Source of the DNA: a virus
Lineage: Duplodnaviria > Heunggongvirae > Uroviricota > Caudoviricetes
IMG/VR virus record: IMGVR_UViG_2711768072_000012
Strand: one strand, 5' to 3'
Length of the DNA stretch: 10,030 bases
The translations under genes and the position numbers were made by a program. This document shows, one piece after another, positions 1-7,272 of the stretch; position 1 is the first letter of the stretch, and every line of letters starts with the position of its first letter. The notes beneath the pieces were generated by a model. That model worked only from the letters and a program-made list of their open reading frames with translations. It had not been told where the DNA came from and ran no database searches.

Positions 1-229
1 CCATTTCGCGGATTGCCACAACCGGAAGCGCACGGTCGACGAAAATTTAACGACAGGCTATCTATGAACCAGCTACCTCGCCGTGCGCTTTCGCGTTATG
101 GTCTGACTTTTCAGGGAAATATCCTTTCAGTAAACTGTCAGTGCCGGATTCTTATCCGTGTCCGGCGCACGACCACACGCTGTCACGAGAGGTCTCCATT
201 CTCAACCAGTAACCTCAATGGAGGATAAA

Positions 230-424
230 ATGTCAGAGCAGGAGTTAAAACTTGGTGCATGTTATTGTGTTCTCAAGGAGCTGGTACACATGCTTCCATC
301 TACTCAGTATCAACAGTTAGTTGGCAATTTAAATCAGCGAATCGAAGCTATGTTAAAATCTGATGGTTTTAATAACGTAGAAACGCTGATGCTAAAAAGA
401 TATCTTGATGGATTAATCAGATAA
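230..424 (+). CDS. hypothetical small protein (~65 aa)
   Basis: In-frame ATG at 230 preceded by GGAGGA (221-225); the ORF track's 158..424 start is probably too far upstream. No motif recognised. Converges with the minus-strand gene ending at 413. Confidence 0.45.
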   Translation: MSEQELKLGACYCVLKELVHMLPSTQYQQLVGNLNQRIEAMLKSDGFNNVETLMLKRYLDGLIR

Positions 425-763
425 CATTTTTTTACGGCGTTCATATTCGTTAATATTTATGAAGCCTGTTGCCAGAAGCAGTTCGTTAATTTCATGGTTG
501 TTTGGCTGTTTCTGGCTCTTTGAGCTGGGATCTTCCACTTCTTTTTCTGCAAATTGTTTTGCTGTATCCTCTGTGCCATGGATATTTAAAGCTGTATCTG
601 AAAACAGCCCAGTAAACGCATCGCGCACATTACGAGCCATATTATCAGTGTCTTTTTTTGTTACCGATTCCAATTCAAGTTCGTTCAGACGATGACGAAG
701 TGTGTGTGCTGCAATCTCCTGGATTGAAGGAGGTAAATCTTTAAATTCCATCGTCAACCTCAT
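413..763 (-). CDS. hypothetical acidic protein (112-116 aa), second gene of leftward operon
   Basis: ORF coupled to the upstream 81-aa ORF. An alternative ATG at 751 has a better SD (GAGG, 6-nt spacer), giving MEFKDL... No motif recognised. Confidence 0.4.
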   Translation of the reverse strand: MRLTMEFKDLPPSIQEIAAHTLRHRLNELELESVTKKDTDNMARNVRDAFTGLFSDTALNIHGTEDTAKQFAEKEVEDPSSKSQKQPNNHEINELLLATGFININEYERRKKMLSD

Positions 764-1008
764 CAGTCAGTGTTTCTTGCTAACCAGCGATGCGCGCCAG
801 CTGCGGTTTTAAACGTTTTACTTTTGGTATACGTCATCGCGGTGAAGGTGCCGTCCTGGTTAGGGAACACACCGCATACCAGAGATTCGTTGTTGCCAAG
901 ATCGATAGTATCCATGCTGACCTCATTTCCCCTTAACGCCGGGGTAGCGGAACAAAAACCTGCTGCATAGTTATTAAAGTTGAACCCTGCCGTCATGTTC
1001 TTACGCAT
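763..1008 (-). CDS. hypothetical protein (81 aa), first gene of leftward operon
   Basis: ORF lies downstream of the predicted leftward promoter (~1097-1125). Its stop overlaps the start of the next minus-strand ORF (TGATG at 761-765), suggesting translational coupling. Weak SD, no motif recognised. Confidence 0.35.
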   Translation of the reverse strand: MRKNMTAGFNFNNYAAGFCSATPALRGNEVSMDTIDLGNNESLVCGVFPNQDGTFTAMTYTKSKTFKTAAGAHRWLARNTD

Positions 1009-1096
1009 CGGGCTGGCTACTTAACCCCTGACCACTGCCTGGTAACTCGAGGTATTGCCCTGTATTGTGTGGGACGGGATGGGTTGGTATGGGAAA

Positions 1097-1138
1097 ACTA
1101 TAGGAAATGCCTAATTACTTGTCAATAGGCTATGCCTA
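1097..1138 (-). promoter_or_regulatory. PL-like leftward promoter with two repressor operator palindromes
   Basis: Minus strand reads TTGACA (plus 1120-1125), a 17-nt spacer, then TATAGT (plus 1097-1102). Palindrome TAGGC-TAT-GCCTA at 1126-1138 and degenerate TAGG-N5-CCTA at 1101-1113. The minus strand of this segment nearly matches the plus strand of 1761-1795. Confidence 0.45.
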
Positions 1139-1197
1139 ATAATTTGGGCGCGACCTAATAGGTGATGGTTTGTGGGAGAGGTAGTAGGAGTTAACTA

Positions 1198-1219
1198 ACG
1201 GGAACTAGGAATTTCCCGT
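1198..1219 (-). other. hairpin just downstream of racR stop (possible weak terminator)
   Basis: Inverted repeat ACGGGAA (1198-1204) / TTCCCGT (1213-1219) with an 8-nt loop, 14 nt past the racR stop. No U-tract follows. Confidence 0.2.
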
Positions 1220-1233
1220 CGGACCATATAAGT

Positions 1234-1710
1234 TTAAGTTCCTGTCTTGGTGATGTTCTGGCTTTTCCGTTTTGATTCTTGATTTTTCAGATAGTTAGCT
1301 ACCTTCATTTCCATTGCGGCAATGTAGGCGCGAACGTCATGATCAACCCAACTAGGCTCCGTAGCATTTCCAGATAAGAGGAAAGCCACAATTGCTCTTT
1401 TTTCATCAGAGGCGGCTTGATAAAGGCTGTTTATGTCTAAAAGTTCACTTTTTGTATCTGAAGTGGATGGGGTTGGTATGGGGTATTCGTTAAGCCCCCA
1501 ATGCTCTGGACCAACCACATCAGAAAAGAAACGCCATAGTTCTGGAAGTTTGTCTTTACTTATCGAACCTTTCTTAATCCAGTCATGGATTGATGGTGGT
1601 TGGACTTTGAAATGACGTGCGATTTCCGCCTTTGATTTGACGGCTCCTGATGCAATTTTTTTGTTAATGGCCTGCTCTATCGCTCGGCCTAAGTCTTTAC
1701 CACTAAGCAT
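1234..1710 (-). CDS. racR: Rac prophage repressor RacR-like (CI-like HTH repressor, 158 aa)
   Basis: 158-aa ORF divergent from a Cro-like gene. The N-terminal part (DLGRAIEQAINKKIASGAVKSKAEIARHFKVQPPSIHDWIKKGSI) looks like an HTH. Length and sequence match my recollection of E. coli RacR, and the gene sits in the immunity position between mirrored operator/promoter sets. Confidence 0.8.
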   Translation of the reverse strand: MLSGKDLGRAIEQAINKKIASGAVKSKAEIARHFKVQPPSIHDWIKKGSISKDKLPELWRFFSDVVGPEHWGLNEYPIPTPSTSDTKSELLDINSLYQAASDEKRAIVAFLLSGNATEPSWVDHDVRAYIAAMEMKVANYLKNQESKRKSQNITKTGT

Positions 1711-1739
1711 TGCTTAATAGTCTCCTATGCGCATCGCGT

Positions 1740-1807
1740 TAGGCAATCCCTACTCTCGATGTATTAGGCATAGCCTATTGACAATTGTATTAGGCTAAGC
1801 CTAATAT
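1740..1807 (+). promoter_or_regulatory. OR/PR-like region: three operator palindromes plus rightward promoter for ydaS
   Basis: TAGGC-N3-GCCTA palindromes at 1765-1777 and 1791-1803, and a degenerate copy TAGGC-AAT-CCCTA at 1740-1752, spaced about 25 bp apart. TTGACA at 1778-1783 with TAATAT at 1802-1807 (18-nt spacer). The racR promoter presumably lies here on the minus strand. Confidence 0.5.
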
Positions 1808-1834
1808 TGTTGCGTGTTTTTTGGAGTTCATTCG

Positions 1835-2158
1835 ATGAAAAAAGATAACTATTCATTCAAACGAGCTTGTGCTGTTGTCGGTGGGCAATCAGCAATGGCT
1901 AGGCTTTTAGGTGTATCTCCTCCAAGCGTAAATCAATGGATCAAAGGTGTACGTCAGTTGCCTGCTGAGAGATGTCCTGCGATTGAACGAGCAACAAAAG
2001 GTGGTGTCCTGTGTGAAGAACTTCGTCCTGATGTTGATTGGACATACTTACGACGCTCGTCATGTTATTCGCAGAATATGTCGATGAAGCAACCAAATGA
2101 CGAAAACGATCATACCCGAAGCATCAAGAGGCAAATGATTCATGAAAATCAAACATGA
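1835..2158 (+). CDS. ydaS: YdaS-like Cro-type HTH protein
   Basis: ATG at 1835 with GGAG at 1823-1826; the track's upstream start at 1814 is GTG. HTH-like segment SAMARLLGVSPPSVNQWIKGVRQLP. First gene rightward of the repressor, as in Rac racR/ydaS. Confidence 0.75.
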   Translation: MKKDNYSFKRACAVVGGQSAMARLLGVSPPSVNQWIKGVRQLPAERCPAIERATKGGVLCEELRPDVDWTYLRRSSCYSQNMSMKQPNDENDHTRSIKRQMIHENQT

Positions 2159-2567
2159 GCACATCCGCATGGCGATGAATGCTTGGGCATACCCTGATGG
2201 TGAGAAAGTTCCTGCAGCTGAAATAGCCCGGACTTATTTCGAACTGGGGATGACGTTCCCTGAACTGTACGACGACAGCCATCCGGAAGCCCTGGCCCGT
2301 AATACACAGAAAATTTTCCGTTGGCTGGATAAAGACACCCCTGATGCTGTTGAAAAAATTCAGGCTCTGTTACCGGCGATCGAAAAGGCAATGCCGCCTC
2401 TGCTGGTGGCCCGTATGCGCAGTCACAGCTCTGAGTATTACCGGGAGATTGTCGAACGGCGGGATCGGCTGGTGAAGGATGTCGACGATTTTGTTGCGTC
2501 AGCGGTTGTTTTGTATGACCAGATGAATCGCGGCGGCCCGGCAGGGAATGCTGTGGTGATGCACTAA
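2142..2567 (+). CDS. ydaT: YdaT-like protein (141 aa)
   Basis: ORF overlaps the ydaS 3' end by 17 nt, indicating a coupled operon. Position and size match the Rac ydaT slot. No catalytic motif recognised. Confidence 0.7.
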   Translation: MKIKHEHIRMAMNAWAYPDGEKVPAAEIARTYFELGMTFPELYDDSHPEALARNTQKIFRWLDKDTPDAVEKIQALLPAIEKAMPPLLVARMRSHSSEYYREIVERRDRLVKDVDDFVASAVVLYDQMNRGGPAGNAVVMH

Positions 2568-2589
2568 AAGCACGGTGTTCGGGGGTTTT

Positions 2590-3552
2590 ATGAGCAGCAA
2601 GCTTCATGGTCTTGTCTGGGAAGGGTGCGCCTTCACCGGCATGATCTTATCCAGGGTGGCGGTTATGGCCCGTCTTGCAGACTACAGCAATGACGAGGGC
2701 GTGTCATGGCCTGCCATTGAAACTATCCGGCGTCAGATCGGTGCAAGAAGTGAATCCACAGTGAAATCGGCTATTGCAGAACTGGCGAAAGAGGGCTGGC
2801 TGACGAAGGAAGAGCGTAAGGTCGGTGGGCGTAATGTAAGCAATATCTATCGACTTAATGTGGAAAAACTCGAAGCAGCTGCGGCGGCGGCGCGTGAGTC
2901 ATATAAACCGAAAAGAAAAATTAGCCCGGCAAAAAATGACCCGTTAACAGTTGACCCGTCAAATATTGACCCCTCAACGGTTGACCCGTCAAATTTTGAT
3001 GGATCAACTGTTGATAAAAAACTGCCGATTAGGGGGGCGATGATTGACCCCGATCCGTCAGTATTAAAACCTGATCCGTCAGATAAAAGATCTTCTTGTC
3101 CGGACGCTTCGCAACCGGACCCGCAGACGGCTGAACAGGATTTTTTAACCCGACACCCTGACGCGGTTGTGTTCAGTGCGAAAAAACGCCAGTGGGGAAG
3201 TCAGGAAGATTTGGTGTGCGCACAGTGGATCTGGGGACGAATCGTGAGTCTTTACGAGCAGGCGGCCAGCTATGATGGCGAGATCACTAGACCGAAAGAA
3301 CCCAACTGGACAGCATGGGCCAATGACGTTCGCACAATGCGGATGCTGGATGGCAGAACTCACAGACAAATTTGTGAAATGTTTGGGCGTCTCCAGCGGG
3401 ATTCGTTCTGGGTAAAAAACATCATGAGTCCGGCAAAACTCCGGGAAAAATGGGATGAACTGGTTATCCGCCTGGGGCGTTCGCCTGCGCAGCGTTGCGT
3501 GAATCACATTTCTGAACCGGACACTGAAATACCGCCGGGATTCAGGGGGTGA
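2590..3552 (+). CDS. ydaU: YdaU-like replication initiator (lambda O-like replisome organiser) carrying internal iterons
   Basis: N-terminal winged-helix-like region, then a repetitive DPxxx linker encoded by tandem 15-bp DNA repeats. Sits immediately upstream of a DnaC-like loader gene. ATG 2590 chosen over the track's GTG at 2575. Confidence 0.75.
   Translation: MSSKLHGLVWEGCAFTGMILSRVAVMARLADYSNDEGVSWPAIETIRRQIGARSESTVKSAIAELAKEGWLTKEERKVGGRNVSNIYRLNVEKLEAAAAAARESYKPKRKISPAKNDPLTVDPSNIDPSTVDPSNFDGSTVDKKLPIRGAMIDPDPSVLKPDPSDKRSSCPDASQPDPQTAEQDFLTRHPDAVVFSAKKRQWGSQEDLVCAQWIWGRIVSLYEQAASYDGEITRPKEPNWTAWANDVRTMRMLDGRTHRQICEMFGRLQRDSFWVKNIMSPAKLREKWDELVIRLGRSPAQRCVNHISEPDTEIPPGFRG
2936..3025. 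repeat. Six tandem 15-bp iterons (consensus tTGACCCGTCAAnnn): probable prophage origin of replication inside ydaU
   Basis: Units start at 2936, 2951, 2966, 2981, 2996 and 3011; the last two are degenerate. An A-rich tract and four GATC sites (3002, 3052, 3073, 3089) follow. This is analogous to lambda ori inside gene O. Confidence 0.6.
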
Positions 3553-3558
3553 CGTGTC

Positions 3559-4305
3559 ATGAAAAACATTGCGGCAGTTGGGGTTCTTGAACGTATTCGC
3601 AGACTTGCACCACAGGGGTCGGTTCCACCGTACCGGACGGTGGAGGAGTGGCGGGAATGGCAACTTGCTGAAGGACGAAAACGCAGCGAGGAGATTAACC
3701 GCCAGAATCGCCAGTTGCGGGTGGAAAAAATCCTGAATCGTTCGGGCATCCAGCCTCTGCACAGCAAATGCTCGTTTGCAAATTATCAGGTGCAGAACGA
3801 CGGGCAAAAATACGCGCTGAGCCAGGCCAAATCCATAGCTGACGAACTGATGACCGGGTGCACGAATTTTGTGTTCAGCAGTAAAACCGGCACCGGGAAA
3901 AATCACCTTGCAGCGGCGATGGGCAACCGGCTGATGGTGAAGGGGCGCAGCGTGATTATCGTCACCGTGTCTGACGTCATGAGCGTGTTGCATGACAGCT
4001 ACGACAACGGCAAATCCGGGGAAAAATTTTTACAGGAGCTTTGCGGGGTTGATTTGCTGGTCCTGGATGAAATAGGCGTTCAGCGGGAGACGAAAAACGA
4101 GCAGGTGGTATTGCACCAGATAATTGATCGCCGGACAGCATCACTGTGCAGTGTCGGGATGTTAACAAACCTGAATCATGCCGCAATGAGTACGCTTCTT
4201 GGTGAGAGGATTATGGACCGCATGACCATGAACGGTGGTCGATGGGTGACATTTAACTGGGATAGCTGGCGTCCAAATGTCAGCAATATGAGGGTTGTGA
4301 AGTAA
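3559..4305 (+). CDS. ydaV: DnaC-like helicase loader (YdaV-like AAA+ ATPase)
   Basis: FSSKTGTGKNHLAAA and DLLVLDEIGVQRETKNEQVVLHQIIDRR align with the E. coli DnaC Walker A/B region as I recall it (FSGKPGTGKNHLAAA ... DLLVIDEIGVQ). ATG 3559 lies 6 nt after the ydaU stop. Confidence 0.85.
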   Translation: MKNIAAVGVLERIRRLAPQGSVPPYRTVEEWREWQLAEGRKRSEEINRQNRQLRVEKILNRSGIQPLHSKCSFANYQVQNDGQKYALSQAKSIADELMTGCTNFVFSSKTGTGKNHLAAAMGNRLMVKGRSVIIVTVSDVMSVLHDSYDNGKSGEKFLQELCGVDLLVLDEIGVQRETKNEQVVLHQIIDRRTASLCSVGMLTNLNHAAMSTLLGERIMDRMTMNGGRWVTFNWDSWRPNVSNMRVVK

Positions 4306-4326
4306 TTTTGTCCGGAGGAAATTTTA

Positions 4327-5097
4327 ATGGAAACCGTATCTGACGCACTGAAAGCACTGAAAAAAGCCTCTTCACATGTGGTGGCAGCTCGCCTTGGAAT
4401 CAGTCGTGAAGAGGCTGTCAACGAGCTGTGGGAACTCAAAAGAAATGGCGTCGTTGATAAAACTGGTCACACCTGGTTTCTGGCTGGCGAAGGTGAATCC
4501 CGGGTAACCGAAGAGCGGCCAGTAAAATCTGAAGCACAGGATATGCTGACCGGGGAGGTCGAACAAAAAGTTACCGCCGACATGATGATTGAGTTTATCG
4601 GTCAGGATGGGGCTAAAACGTGTGAGGAACTGGCGGGTAAGTTCGGTGTCAGTACTCGCAAGGTTGCTTCCACGCTGGCGGTGGTAACCGCAACGGGGCG
4701 GCTGGCACGCGTTAATCAGAACGGTAAATTTCGTTACTGCATGCCGGGCGATAATTTACCAGCAGAGCCGAAAGCCGCGCTGGTAACGGAAAGTGATGGT
4801 AAGGCCTTTCCTCAGCCAGCAGGTGCTGCGTTACCAGTCCGGGAAGCCGCAACACAGGAAAAAATTAAAACAGAAACTGTGGCGGACATTGTGCAGCCGT
4901 TGCCATCGTTTACCGAAACGCAAGCAGATGAGCTGATTTTTCCGTCCCTTCGCAGGGCAAACTTGGCGCTGCGCAGGGCGAAAAGTGATGTTCAGAAGTG
5001 GGAGCGAGTCTGCGCCGCGCTGCGGGAGCTGAACAAGCACCGGGATATTGTTCGACAGATTACTGATTCTTCCCGCCGTGTTGTATCGGAAAAGTGA
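4327..5097 (+). CDS. ydaW: YdaW-like prophage protein (256 aa)
   Basis: ORF follows ydaV in the Rac gene order. N-terminus METVSDALKALKKASSHVVAARLGISREEAVNELWELKRNG looks like a small winged-helix domain. Function unknown. Confidence 0.65.
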   Translation: METVSDALKALKKASSHVVAARLGISREEAVNELWELKRNGVVDKTGHTWFLAGEGESRVTEERPVKSEAQDMLTGEVEQKVTADMMIEFIGQDGAKTCEELAGKFGVSTRKVASTLAVVTATGRLARVNQNGKFRYCMPGDNLPAEPKAALVTESDGKAFPQPAGAALPVREAATQEKIKTETVADIVQPLPSFTETQADELIFPSLRRANLALRRAKSDVQKWERVCAALRELNKHRDIVRQITDSSRRVVSEK

Positions 5098-5112
5098 TTG
5101 CCGGAGGCGCTT

Positions 5113-5538
5113 ATGGCAAAAGTATTTACACAAGAAGAGCGGGAAAAAATTAAAGGGCAGGTTGTTGAACTTGTACGTCTGAGCGGTCGCGAGACGTTGC
5201 GGCAACTGGAAGCCAAGACAGGTGCGACAAGATATCTGATGAGTGTTCTCGCCAGAGAGCTGGTTGCCAGTGGCGATGTATACAACTCTGGTTACGGGTT
5301 ATTCCCGTCTGAACAGGCGCGTAAGGACTGGCAAAACGCCCGCAAAAAACTCTCAAGGGCAAATCTGAAGAAACCATCTGTGGTTGATCCGGACCTTATC
5401 TGGTCGTTACCAGACGGCGAAATACGCCGCTACGACAGGCGCCTGAATATAATCTGTCGCGAGTGCCGGAAGAGCGAAGCTATGCAGCGTGTACTGGCAT
5501 TTTATCAAGGAAATGTTAGGTATTTTAGACGTTACTAG
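5113..5538 (+). CDS. hypothetical prophage protein (141 aa)
   Basis: ATG at 5113 with GGAGG at 5102-5106 (6-nt spacer), 13 nt after the ydaW stop. Basic protein, no motif recognised. Confidence 0.55.
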   Translation: MAKVFTQEEREKIKGQVVELVRLSGRETLRQLEAKTGATRYLMSVLARELVASGDVYNSGYGLFPSEQARKDWQNARKKLSRANLKKPSVVDPDLIWSLPDGEIRRYDRRLNIICRECRKSEAMQRVLAFYQGNVRYFRRY

Positions 5539-5602
5539 ATTAAAGAGCATTAGTTCAGATGTGAATTGACATTTTCATGGCGCAGGGTAGAGCCAGCGTG
5601 GT

Positions 5603-5628
5603 TGTCCGCTTTGTGCCAGAAGCGGACA
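5603..5628. repeat. Hairpin (arms GTCCGCTT / AAGCGGAC) upstream of the NUDIX-HAD pair
   Basis: Perfect 8-9 bp inverted repeat at 5604-5611 / 5620-5627 with an 8-nt loop. The same arm sequence recurs at 7070-7093. Confidence 0.5.
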
Positions 5629-5702
5629 TAGCAGGTGCCAGATGCATTTGTTATTCTTCATTGAATTGAGCAGTATCCTTAACAGGAACTCTAAATACAT
5701 AA

Positions 5703-6341
5703 ATGAAGATGAAAAACATGTCTGAAGTGTTGACCCAAGAAAAGCTTATTTTTGTTGCCCAGAGACTAAAGGCCCTCGCGCAGTCAGGCCTGACCTATTC
5801 AAAAGACGTCTTTGACAAGGAACGCTATGAAGCCTTGCGTGAAATTGCCGCTGGACTGCTGAGTTCGCAGTTTGATATTAGCCGCAATGATTTGTTTCAT
5901 GTATCGGAAACGGGTTACGCGACGCCCAAAACAGATGTGCGTGCGTTTATCCTGCGTAATAATCGTATTCTGATGGTGAAAGAGGCTGCAGATGGATTAT
6001 GGAGTCTTCCTGGCGGATGGGCAGATGTTGGAGATACACCTTCTGAAGCTGTGCGTCGAGAGGTCGAAGAAGAAACCGGATTAAAAGTCAGAGTGACTAA
6101 ACTATTGGGAGTTTGGGATCGTAATCTTCACGGCCATCCGCCTTTACCCTGGCATGTTTACAAGCTGATTTTTCTCTGTGAAGAAGTAGGTGGCAGCCTG
6201 TCAATCAGCCATGAGTCACTCGATGCTGATTTTTTTGATGTCAACGACCTGCCTGAATTGTCGCTTTCAAGAATTGTGCCTGAGCAGATTGCTGTCAGCC
6301 TGAGAGTAGCGAAAGGTGATGAAAAAACATGGTTTGATTAA
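5703..6341 (+). CDS. NUDIX hydrolase with N-terminal extension
   Basis: Nudix box GGWADVGDTPSEAVRREVEEETGL fits Gx5[E/D]x7REUxEExGU with D at the first acidic position. An ~80-aa N-terminal domain precedes it. Start is ambiguous between ATG 5703, 5709 and 5718; SD is weak and the upstream region is AT-rich. Confidence 0.8.
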   Translation: MKMKNMSEVLTQEKLIFVAQRLKALAQSGLTYSKDVFDKERYEALREIAAGLLSSQFDISRNDLFHVSETGYATPKTDVRAFILRNNRILMVKEAADGLWSLPGGWADVGDTPSEAVRREVEEETGLKVRVTKLLGVWDRNLHGHPPLPWHVYKLIFLCEEVGGSLSISHESLDADFFDVNDLPELSLSRIVPEQIAVSLRVAKGDEKTWFD

Positions 6342-6370
6342 CTTTCTTCTGCAACCATTAAGGAATGGCA

Positions 6371-7009
6371 ATGATATTCAACGCTAAGGGTTTTTTATTC
6401 GATATGGACGGTACGCTGGTTGATTCAACAGCCGTAGTGGAAAGCGTCTGGAGAGATTTTTGTGCAGAATACGGTCTTGATACTCAGGCTGTGATTGCTT
6501 ACGCACACGGGCGGCAAACGATTGATACACTGACGCATTTTATTGGTGCAGGTGAGAAAACCAATAAAATCGCGGCCTCACTCGAAGAGGTTGAAATCAA
6601 CACGACAGAAGGCGTTACTGAAGTAAAGGGGGCCGCTGCACTCTTATCAAAACTGCCACCGGATAGCTGGGCACTTGTCACTTCTGCAGGCAGAATGCTT
6701 GCCGAAAACAGGATGAAAGCGGCTAATCTCCCCTTACCCATAGTAATGGTGTGTGCAGAAGATGTAATGACGGGAAAACCAAGTCCCGAGGGTTACATCA
6801 AAGCAGCTTTGGCTTTGGGCCTTGAGCCTGGTGAATGCGTGGTATTTGAGGATGCATCTGCGGGTATAAAAGCAGGGCTGGCAAGTGGAGCTTCGGTAAT
6901 AGCTGTTCAGCCTGACGCTCTGGGATCATCTGAAGCCCATGCCGTCAGCGAACTGTCTGACATTATGGTCAAGATTTCCGGAGAACGTTTCAATATCATC
7001 TGTGGTTAA
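6371..7009 (+). CDS. HAD-superfamily hydrolase (beta-phosphoglucomutase/phosphatase-like)
   Basis: HAD motifs: FDMDGTLVDS (motif I), VTSAG, TGKPSPEGY (Lys motif) and FEDASAGIKAGLASGA. ATG 6371 is preferred because AAGGA at 6360-6364 gives a 6-nt spacer; the track start is 6365. Lies 23-29 nt after the NUDIX stop. Confidence 0.8.
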   Translation: MIFNAKGFLFDMDGTLVDSTAVVESVWRDFCAEYGLDTQAVIAYAHGRQTIDTLTHFIGAGEKTNKIAASLEEVEINTTEGVTEVKGAAALLSKLPPDSWALVTSAGRMLAENRMKAANLPLPIVMVCAEDVMTGKPSPEGYIKAALALGLEPGECVVFEDASAGIKAGLASGASVIAVQPDALGSSEAHAVSELSDIMVKISGERFNIICG

Positions 7010-7069
7010 TCACGTTACACAATACGCATCAATGGACGCTGAGTAGCTCGCGAGTTTTAAACTTCCAAC

Positions 7070-7093
7070 GTCCGCTTTTCGCTCAAAGCGGAC
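7070..7093. repeat. Hairpin (arms GTCCGCTTT / AAAGCGGAC) downstream of the HAD gene
   Basis: Perfect 9-bp inverted repeat with a 6-nt loop, and no U-tract. Shares its arm sequence with the hairpin at 5604-5627, and both are followed by a similar (A)TAG.AGGT tail. Confidence 0.5.
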
Positions 7094-7272
7094 TAGAAGG
7101 TTAGCTTGCGTCGGACTTGGCGTATTTAAAGAAGTGCTGGTGGTGACTGGTTGTTGTGTTCCATTTCTACAGAACAAAATCACAGAAACTATACCCAATA
7201 GTTGTATTGAATCACTGACGAGACAGCCTCATATTTATCAGGACTGGTGTACGTCCAATACAGGAGGTTGTG

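Noticed and set aside
13-228. 71-aa ORF at the window start (TTG start)
   Set aside because: Arg-rich, non-protein-like composition, and its end overlaps the SD of the 230 ORF. A short open frame at 2-64 could instead be the C-terminus of a gene starting upstream of the window; this cannot be resolved here.
770-970. 66-aa plus-strand ORF antisense to the 81-aa leftward gene
   Set aside because: No SD, and it opposes the direction expected from the adjacent leftward promoter; either could be spurious but the minus-strand coupled pair is more coherent.
2149-2607. 152-aa minus-strand ORF
   Set aside because: It is antisense to ydaT and low-complexity Pro/Arg/Ser-rich; shadow ORF.
2936-3025. 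Possible CRISPR-like repeat array
   Set aside because: The repeats are contiguous 15-bp units with no spacers, lie inside a coding sequence, and fit origin iterons; not CRISPR.
3145-3993. 282-aa minus-strand ORF spanning the ydaU end and ydaV start
   Set aside because: It lies antisense to two well-supported genes, its composition is Arg/His/Pro-rich, and it has no SD or motif; most likely a shadow ORF.
6499-6741. 80-aa minus-strand ORF inside the HAD gene
   Set aside because: Antisense to a gene with clear HAD motifs; shadow ORF.
7020-7130. Possible tRNA or small structured RNA in the palindrome-rich spacer after the HAD gene
   Set aside because: No T-loop-like GTTCRANYC motif or cloverleaf arrangement was found; only generic dyad symmetries (for example CTCGCGAG at 7047-7054).
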